From Camelus ferus (Eukaryota), in the NCBI RefSeq assembly GCF_009834535.1, contig NC_045696.1, forward strand, positions 101,868,001-101,928,000: a stretch of DNA of 60,000 bases, given 5' to 3'. The translations under genes were made by a program, and so were the position numbers. Below, piece by piece: positions 51,801 through 60,000 of the stretch. The stretch's first letter is position 1, and each line of letters opens with the position of its first letter. Below the pieces are notes generated by a model. That model was not told the origin of the DNA. It did not search any database and was given only the letters and a program-made list of their open reading frames with translations.

Positions 51801-52563
51801 AAAGACTGCACTTTAAAAAATGTTGTCTCCCTAGATTAATGTATTTTAATACAATCTCAGTTAAAATCCTAATGGGTTGAATATGAAAATTTGTGAGACT
51901 GTTCTAAAGCGTATCTTAAAGACCAAACATGTGACTACATGCAGTAAAACTCCACAGCTGAAATAGCATATTTCATATGAAATAGAAAATCAAATATAGC
52001 CCCTAACAGAGCTTAATATACACACCCAGAAAAGAAGAACTAGAACTTGAAAAATGCATCCTTGCAAAACTGGCTTCTGGGGCGGAATCCAGTGAGACTG
52101 TCATCTTCCTGTGACTCACTGTGACTGTGACATTGAAAGAGGGGAGACAACATCAGTCACTTTCACACTTTCTCACCATCGTCCTGGCAAAGCTGCCAGA
52201 CCAACCCCTTTTTCCTGTGTATTTGAGTACTGTCCTGGTCAGGGAGGTCCCATCAATTATTCAACCATTTTTAGGTAGTAAGTCCCTCCAGTCACATTCA
52301 GTCATAAAAGTAGGAGTGGCAAGGAGTAGAAAGTTCTGACAGGCAGAGGTGCTCTGGTATTGGCTTCTCCTGCCTGCAGGTGTTTAAAGCTGGCTCTTTA
52401 TTGTGCAGTCGTTTTCTGGGGCTTACCCTCACTAGTCCTGCTGGATCCCTCCACTGCAGATCCCCTGAGGGGCAGAGTTTTTCCTATCCTGGTTCTTGCC
52501 TCCCACCTTAGCCTCTCCTAAATGCTGTTTTCCCTCTTTTTTCATAACTTCTTGGGCAATGTA

Positions 52564-52667
52564 TAGGGTGACCTGGTTTGCCTGGGACTGAGGGGTTTCC
52601 CAGGATTTGAGACTTTTAGTGCTAAAACTAGGACAGTTGTGGACAACCAGGAGGATTGGTCACTGTA
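52564..52667 (+). mobile_element. MER81 hAT-Blackjack element
   Basis: TAGGGTGACC start, 'ggtttgcctgggactgaggggtttcccagg...agtgctaaaact', end 'ttggtcactgta'. Confidence 0.85.
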
Positions 52668-53235
52668 GACATTCCCATTTAAACAACACTTCTGTGCCAC
52701 CATGCCTGTCTACATCTGGCCCCTGAAAAATAAGCACTTTTGATCCACTGTTATGTCCCAAACACAGTCTTGTGCTGCCATGGGGTCACTGGTAAGTGGC
52801 TTGAATCTTACTCTGGTCCCTTGTGTCCCCAGGTACCAAGAAACTACACACCAGGCTCTCAGAGTGGCCTCTTAAAAGCCCAAAACTGGGATTGAAGTGA
52901 AGGGGAAGAGTCCCCAGGTCCTCCCTTCAGAGTAAGTGTGGGACCTGCACTGACAACTCTCTAAAGAGCGCCCCCCCCCCCCAAGGCTTTTTCATTATCA
53001 ATCCTTGTAAGCCTTTTTCTATGGTAGGAAAAGGGCCGCAACACTGGTGATTATCACTCCTTTGCAGTGCTGTTGAGGCACTGGAGTTTACGCACTACTT
53101 TGGAATGTGGGAGCACCTGCCACCCATTTTTCAGTCATGAGTTTTTAGGCCTCAGAAGAAAACTGTGACAAAAAGAATTAAAATTTTAATATCAAGTTTC
53201 ATAAACCCATTAACCACAAAAAAAGAAAATTTCAG

Positions 53236-53657
53236 AATGACATTTAGAATGTCATTCTAAGTGAAGTAAGCCAGAAAGAGAAAGAAAAATACCATATGAG
53301 ATCGCTTATATGTGGAATCTAAAAAACAAAAACAAAAACAAACAAACAAACAAACAAACAAAAACAAAGCGTAAATACAGGACAGAAATAGACTCATAGA
53401 CAGAGAATACAGACTTGTGGTTACCAGGGGGGTGGAGGGTGGGAAGGGATAGACTGGGATTTCAAAATTGTAGAATAGATAAACAAGATTACACTGTATA
53501 GCACAGGGAAATATACACAAAATGTTACGATAACTCACAGAGAAAAAAATGTGACAATGAGTGTGTATATGTCCATGAATGACTGAAAAATTGTGCTGAA
53601 CACTGGAATTTGACACAACATTGTAAAATGATTATAAATCAATAAAAAATGTTAAAA
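53236..53657 (+). mobile_element. young, short 5'-truncated L1 (same family as 30332-31500) with 18-bp TSD
   Basis: High similarity to 31069-31500; TSD AAAAAAAGAAAATTTCAG at 53218-53235 and 53658-53675. Confidence 0.95.
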
Positions 53658-53864
53658 AAAAAAAGAAAATTTCAGGGTAAGAGAGGACTATGAAATATGA
53701 AAATAACTGATTTGATACTTGGAATTGTTGTTTCTGTACATCAAAAATTGTATACAAATTTAAAAATTAATAGACAAGTAAGAATGTGTTTCCAACAAAA
53801 TAACAAATAAGAGGTTAATAAACATAACTATGTTTGAAAAAACCCACTTTTACAAATAATATTC

Positions 53865-54270
53865 TAGAGTCCACATCTCACCACCTGTACCTGGCCCCTC
53901 CCCTGTCCAAATCACTCTTACCAATTTTCCTGGACTGAAAGCATAGAGATTTAGGGTAATGAATGCCTCTGTTGTCTCCCAATGTTCTATTCACCACCAT
54001 TGTCAGAATGATCCTTTAAAATGTGAACACATCATTGCTCTATCTGAATTTTCTTTATGGCTTTCCTTACATTTGAAAGTGAGATCCAAAGTCCTTACCT
54101 GCCATGGTGCAGAGGGCCTCATGCCGTCTGGTGCCGGCCACACTTCTGACCTGACTCACACCCTAGCCCTCTGTGAGAGCGGAAACTGTGTTTATTGCCA
54201 TCACTCAACAGTGCTTACCACAGAGCACACACTCACTAAATTTTTGTTGAGTGAATGAATTAATGAGTGG
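53865..54270 (+). mobile_element. L2 3' region
   Basis: 'cagaatgatcctttaaaatgtgaa...atccaaagtccttac...cactaaatttttgttgagtgaatgaat'. Confidence 0.7.
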
Positions 54271-54274
54271 ACGA

Positions 54275-54890
54275 CTAGAAGCAAAAAGACCAATGAAATG
54301 TGAAGAGTTTTTTTAAAAAAGGGTATTTTCATCTTTGGCTAGTTGCTAAGGGCACTCTCTTGTACTGCTTCAGGACATATACATTTAAACAATATTTTGG
54401 GGAAACAATTTGGAAATAAGAATGTAAAGTACATGAAGTTCATATCATTTTAGGATTTAGTAGTTTCAATTCTAGGAATCCAGAATATTCATACCAGTTG
54501 ATTTAGGTAAAAAGAGTTTATTATAGCATTATTAATTATAATAAAAATTTTGAAATAATCTAAATGTCCAAAAATAGGGGGAAGTTTAATACATGTTTGT
54601 TTACTCACATGATGGAATATTATATAGGCATTAATTATAGTGATTTTCAGACAAGTTTTTACTTCTGTGTGATTGCTAAATAAAAGAACAAAATATAAAA
54701 TTTTAGATTTCATATAATTATAATTAATAATGCATATGCATAAATTAAAAATTGGAGTAAATCATTACAATGTTAACTATGGTTAATTCTGGTTGGTGGG
54801 ATAACTAGTGATTTAAATTTTTTTATACTTTGTTTAAATTTCAAATTTTATTAAGTTTAGAATCAGAAAAGCATATAAAATTTATTTTTA
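54275..54890 (+). mobile_element. old L1ME-type 3' region
   Basis: 'ttttggggaaacaatttgg...tttcaattctaggaat...atctaaatgtccaaaaataggg...atggaatattatatagg'. Confidence 0.6.
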
Positions 54891-55464
54891 AAATCATTGT
54901 AGTGATAGAGAAACTACTGATCAATGAGTGCTGGTGGTCTTTAACATTTCCACAGGCAGGTGTGGGCCAGTGAATTGATGAATGTGATTCAAATGTACAT
55001 AAAATTAAATTAATTTCCTACACAACAAGGCCAGAGAACCATGTAACAAGATTGCAGTTCACTCCTGTGGCTCAGATGTGCATAAAGAGGAACTTTGTTT
55101 TTTGTAACTGGTCTCATTTTAATCTACACCCTCTTATGCCTCTTATGATAGGACATATTTGATCTGTCAGATGAAGTTGTCTCCATCTCATATAGTTTAA
55201 AATAGTATATTTTGGGTAATTAGTCTTTGCTATTCTGTCTCTTTCTTCTCTGGTTAATATAAATCTGGGGGATGTGGTTCATGAGTTTGTTCTAGAAACA
55301 TGTCATTTCATCCTTGCTGGACCTGGTTACAGTATCTCACTTTGTTTGGCCACTTGCCACATCTGCCAGAGTGTCTCTTGGCTCCTTAGTGACTGGAGTC
55401 CTGTTCCATCAACTATGGAAGTGAGGGTGGTCTCATTTGGTGTTTGGGGCAGTGTTTCCAACTA

Positions 55465-55625
55465 ATGCTTATAACAACTAGTTTTTATTGAACACATACC
55501 ATATGCAGGGGCATTGTTCTAACAACTTGAGGTGTACTAGCTTGTGTAATTCTCATCCCAGCTCTGTGAGATAGATACAGATAAGGAGACTGCAGAACAG
55601 AGTCAGTAAGTACTTTGCCCACAGT
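55465..55625 (-). mobile_element. MIR SINE
   Basis: 'ttattgaacacataccatatgcagggg...taattctcatcccagctctgtgagatag...acagataaggagactg'. Confidence 0.65.
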
Positions 55626-56943
55626 CTGTAACTGTCAAGGTCAGAATGACCATGGACCTTGCCACTGTCCCAGTTGTCAGGTTCCCTCACACTGTGGCCT
55701 TCTCATTTGACCCCAGATCTCCTTGGGACCCCTTCTGCAAGGTTCCAGAAACCCTTGACTGCTTTTCCACAGGAAAAGTTGGGCCCTATGAGGTTGTTCT
55801 CATACCTAGGTACAAGTCTGTACCTAGAATCCCCCACCATCGCTGCCTTACCTTGCCCAGGGTGAACTGGAGGCAGTAATGATAGGGTGGTAGTTTTCTC
55901 AGGGTCGTCATAGGGAAAGAAGGGAATTTGTCCCACTGTCTTCAATTTTCCAGGGCATGCCCTCCTGAGAACTTCTTCCCAGTTCTGTTCCTCTAGCCTC
56001 TGGACAAGATGTATCTTCTTCAGCTTTGTCTTTTTTCCTCCTTGTCTGATCTTCAAGCTTTAGATCTTAATGTGTGAAAACCCAGCTGTGAGATATTTGA
56101 TAAAACCATTGAAAAGCCAGGTTATTAGGAGGAAAAAAAAAAAATCTTGCTAGGAAAAAAAGTTCAAAAAAGTCTTCTTAACTTCAGGTATTACCAGTTT
56201 GTTGCTTTTCTGGATTTGGCTTTATAATGAAGAGCTAAAGAAGGAAAAAAAAAAAAAAAAACACCTGAATTACACAGAAAGGACATTACCCTGCTCCTTA
56301 TTTTATCTTCAACCCTGAAGGTCCATGCTAGCCTGGCCATCCCTACCTGGAAGCACCCCTTTGTGTCTTAGTCAATGGTCCCGCCTTTCCCATTCTGCAA
56401 ACACACACTCAAGAGCTATTAATATCTAAGTTCTGCTATTCAGCATTTGGAAGGCTCTTGGGTTTCAAAGGACCCTTGTTGAACTCCATGCTACTGAAAG
56501 TAAAATCTTAAACATCAAAAGCTGACATTTTAGCTACAGTTCACTTGTGTGTCTCAAGTGAGAGTGGGAAAAAGAACTCAGAAAGGGATTTCATAGAAGG
56601 TCAGTGAGAGTATCAGAATTTTACCCAGAAGACCCTCTTCTTTCTAATATGAATGCTCTCATTGCACAAAGGGAATGCTGTGCTACCTTTACAGGAATAT
56701 ACTTGCAGTTTAATATCTCTGTTGGAGTCATAAGGCTAATGATAACAAGTCTTAGTTGTTACCTTTCATTTTGTTCACATATCTAGATTTCAGGTTATGT
56801 TTTCCTCATGTAGGAATAATCAATATTCCCTTTTTATATCAAAGCATTTAGACTCACATTCTTAACTCTGTTCAACTTGTAAGACTCTGCTGCTTGCTTA
56901 CAGTGGAAAAGAATAACTAGAAAAATTGCTTTTCACTGAGGAT

Positions 56944-57251
56944 TTTTACGGAACTGAACTTGAATCCTCTCACCTGCTATGCAGCAAAGCCAATCTATCG
57001 ACACCATGTTGTGGTAACACCAACGTTTATTGCAGGTGCCAAGCAAGGAATAAGGGTGGCTCATGCTCAAAAGACCCAAACTCCCTGATGGTTTTTTAGG
57101 GAAGCATTTTAAAGGTAAAATTTGTAGGGAGGACTGCAGGGTGTGTGCCTTTCTTCTGATTGGTTGATAATGAGGTAACAGAAACAAGAATCCGGAAACA
57201 TGGATAGGCTTTTGTGCCTGGGAGGGACCCTCAGGGCCCTGCTTGCTTTCA
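56944..57251 (-). mobile_element. short ERV1 (MER41/MER4-group-like) solo LTR
   Basis: 'gcagcaaagccaatcta', 'tttattgcaggtgccaagcaagg', 'ctcatgctcaaaagaccc', terminus 'gggccctgcttgctttca'; TSD ggat/gtat. Confidence 0.75.
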
Positions 57252-57804
57252 GTATTATTACCATAATAATTTTAATCAAAACAATCTTGCCTGGAAGTTG
57301 AGTCAACAGACAATCCACACTCCTGTAATATTCATTTCTTTCCTGTTTTGAAGGGCTCAACTAAGGGGAGGAACTACCCTTCAAGAAATCTCATTGTGCC
57401 CTAGAGGCAAAGTTCTAGAGGTTGGAAGTTCATCTAAGTTAGTATTTAATGGTCTTCTCCCTTCTTCCTTTTTGAATATTGTCATGTACTTGACTACTTC
57501 TTTAAGTTACTAAAAGTAAATTCTCCTCTTATCATTGATTTGCTTAGACGCATTTTAACATTCTAATCATGAAATTAAAAAAACAAAAAAGCAAACACTT
57601 TAAAAGATATTTCTTCTCTGATTCCCATTATTATAAGGTCCTGCCCATCTAGGTTCTGTTTCTGTCTATGCCTCTTACCCCACACTGGGAGAGGCACTGA
57701 GGGCAGTCATGGCAGCTGTCTGCCAGTGCATGAGAGCCGGTTCAATGCAAAAAACCAAAATGATAATGATGTTGATGATGAAGTTTTAGCTTCATTGTCT
57801 GTAG

Positions 57805-58565
57805 GGCCAAGGATATAAGCAGATAGTTCAAAGGAAAGGAAATGTAAATGTCTATTAACTCACATGCACAGATGCTTAGCACCATTCATAGTGAGAGAAA
57901 TGCATATTATCAGATATACCATTTTTCACCCCGTAGATTGACAAAGATCAGAAACTCTAATAACATGCTGTGTTAGGAAATACATTGGAAAATAGATCAC
58001 CTTTGGTGCTGACATTTGGCAAAATCTAACAAAATTGCCAATGCATATAGTTGTTGACCCTTAAGTCCCACTTCCAATAAACTTATACTATAAACATACT
58101 CACGCAAATGCAAAGTGACAGATGTAGAAGTTTATTCCAGAGTTGTTTTTAATAGGTCTATAGGAAACAATTTTAAATGTTTATTAATAGGTCACTGGTT
58201 GCATAAATTATAGTACATCCCTGCAGTAGAAGACTAAGCAGCCTTTAAAAGACTGAGAAAATATACACAGATACATATGATCTCTAAATATAAGTTAAAA
58301 GAGCAAAATATTGGAGGCGGTTACCATTTGCAAAAAAATAATTAAAGGAGAGGGCTTTGTTTATGTACAGCACTTTCTTATAGCAGCAAAAAATAACTCT
58401 GGAAAGACTTATAAGAAACTGATAGCATTTGTTGCCCCCATAGAAGAGAACTGGAGGGCGTGACATTTTTCACTATATTTCTGTCTATCTACACACATAC
58501 AAATACACACACACGTTATTTTTTGTTTGAATTTTGGACCATACAAATATATTGTCTATTTAAAC
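57805..58565 (+). mobile_element. old L1ME3/4-type 3' region
   Basis: 'ggccaaggatataagcagatagttca...agagaaatgcatatt...taccatttttcacc...cataaattatagtacatcc'. Confidence 0.75.
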
Positions 58566-58616
58566 CTTACATACACTTTTGTTTGTAAATAGTGAACACT
58601 TTTGCTTCTCAGTAAC

Positions 58617-59228
58617 TGTGAGCTGTTTCTACTCACAACTTCTGACACCAAATGTGTGGTGTTTTCACCAGCACCGAGTTCTCCAATTCTCCAGCTGTCT
58701 ACGGGATGTTCTACAATTCATTTTAATTCTGACACAGACCTCATAGGTAAAGGGCTTATTCCCAGAGAAGCCTGAAGACTGTCCCCACTTCAGACACAAG
58801 TTGCAAGTCTTAGACCACCCTACTTCTGATTAACCAGTTATAAATTGGGAGCGCCCATGACTCCCTCCTCAGGTTTGTTAATCTGCTATACCAGCTCACA
58901 GTACTCAGGAAAACACTTTACTTCCAATTATTGGTTTATTATACAGGGTACAACCCAGGAATTAACTCAGTCACTGGCCACTGGCCACTGGCCCCTTCCT
59001 ATAGGTTAGGCAATGGTGCTGAAAGTTCCAACCCTGTAGTTGTGTGTGCCTAGGTCTTTCTGTCTTTCTGGCAACCAGCCCCATCCTGAAGCTATCTAGG
59101 GACCCTCAGGCAGCAGTCATCTCATTAGGATACAGAAGACACTCTATGGCTCCAGAGATTCTAAGGGTTTTAGGAGTTGTTTGCCAAGAACCGCGGACAA
59201 AGACCAAACATATATTTATTGCATCACA
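58617..59228 (-). mobile_element. MER21-family solo LTR with exact 5-bp TSD GTAAC
   Basis: 'cttctgacaccaaatgtgtgg', 'gactgtccccacttcagac', 'accagccccatcctgaagctatctagg'; GTAAC at 58612-58616 and 59229-59233. Confidence 0.88.
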
Positions 59229-59251
59229 GTAACACATCACCTTACAGAGGA

Positions 59252-59769
59252 TGTGGCAGATTATGTTTTCCAAAGATAGCTATATCAATATATCACACGT
59301 CACAAGCTCATCTTACAATATAATTCTGACACTCCCCTTGACTCTGGGTGGGCCTGGAACCACGTGGAGGTGACTATTTGAATTTCAAGGTTAAGTCATA
59401 AAAGGTGATATAGCTGTCCCAGACTTTCTTCCTCTCTGGGAATGCTTGCCCCTGGAGTCCAGTTACATTGTCGTGAGGAAGTCAGTAGCCCCACAGAAAG
59501 ATTTTGTGTAGATGTTTCCACCCCAGCTCCAAATGAGGTCCAGGTACAGCCAGTATTAACTACCAGACTTGGGAGTAAGTGAGCCAGCCTTCAGACTCTT
59601 GCAGCCTTCAAGCCATCTCAGTTGGTGCTGACTGTAGCAGAGACAAATTGTCCCCTCCCAGCTCTGCCCAAATTGCAGATTTATAAGTAAAATAAATGAT
59701 ACATTGTTTTAGGCCACTAAGTTTTGGGATGGTTTATTGTTACACACCAATGAATGAATAACTAGAACA
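59252..59769 (+). mobile_element. MLT1G-like MaLR solo LTR
   Basis: TGTGGCAGATTATGTTTTCCAAAGAT start, 'ctgcccaaattgcagattt...aaataaatga...gccactaagttttggg', ends AACTAGAACA; TSD gagga/gaggg. Confidence 0.85.
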
Positions 59770-60000
59770 GAGGGGAAATTGTTAGAAGTTTTCGAGAAGA
59801 CCTCTGGTGCACTTGCATGAAATAAAGGCAGGCATACAGCTTGGTGTTGGGCACAGCTAGAATCAGATTGGTCACTTTCACGATTTCCCCTCTCTTTGTC
59901 AATTTCTCCTCATCCATTGGTCATTGCTGCTTCTCTTTTCCTGGATATCATTTTCTTAGATCATCTAGCTTCGTTTACATGGTATGCTTTCCCAACTCCC

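Larger units (their letters stand above)
50955..51935 (+). mobile_element. old L1ME-type ORF2 fragment interrupted by an LTR41-like LTR and a MIR
   Basis: 'ttgaataaatggagagac' resumes as 'catactgtgtctatggata' and then 'ggaaagactgc...tttaatacaatctcagttaaaatcc'. Confidence 0.55.

Noticed and set aside
1..60000. CRISPR array, operon, tRNA/rRNA gene or other novel multi-gene system
   Set aside because: No regularly spaced repeats, no long ORFs outside L1 and no structured-RNA signatures; the window is repeat-rich mammalian non-coding DNA

Overview
AT-rich, CpG-poor mammalian (eutherian) genomic DNA, either intergenic or deep intronic. I recognise no host protein-coding exon, RNA gene, CpG island or prokaryote-type system. 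By my approximate boundaries a little under half of the window is interspersed repeats: L1 LINEs of several ages, L2, MIR, CR1/L3, MaLR/ERVL/ERV1 solo LTRs and hAT/Tigger DNA-transposon fossils. The youngest L1 3' ends look like the camelid L1 family, and no lineage SINEs (Alu, B1/B2, Bov-tA/BovB, PRE-1, SINEC) are present, so a camelid source is inferred. The only protein-like ORFs in the track are L1 remnants. The most notable structures are: (1) a MaLR provirus with discordant LTRs (ERVL MLT2B-type 5' LTR, MLT1A-type internal region and 3' LTR) bounded by a plausible single TSD at 21600-23737; (2) a young L1 insertion with an 18-bp TSD and a fold-back inverted 5' junction at 53218-53675; (3) a 5'-complete, 3'-deleted L1 nested in an older L1; and (4) a dense ERV1 LTR cluster at 47.7-50.1 kb. 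Family names come from my recall of repeat consensus sequences, not from a database search, and the ends of old repeats are approximate.
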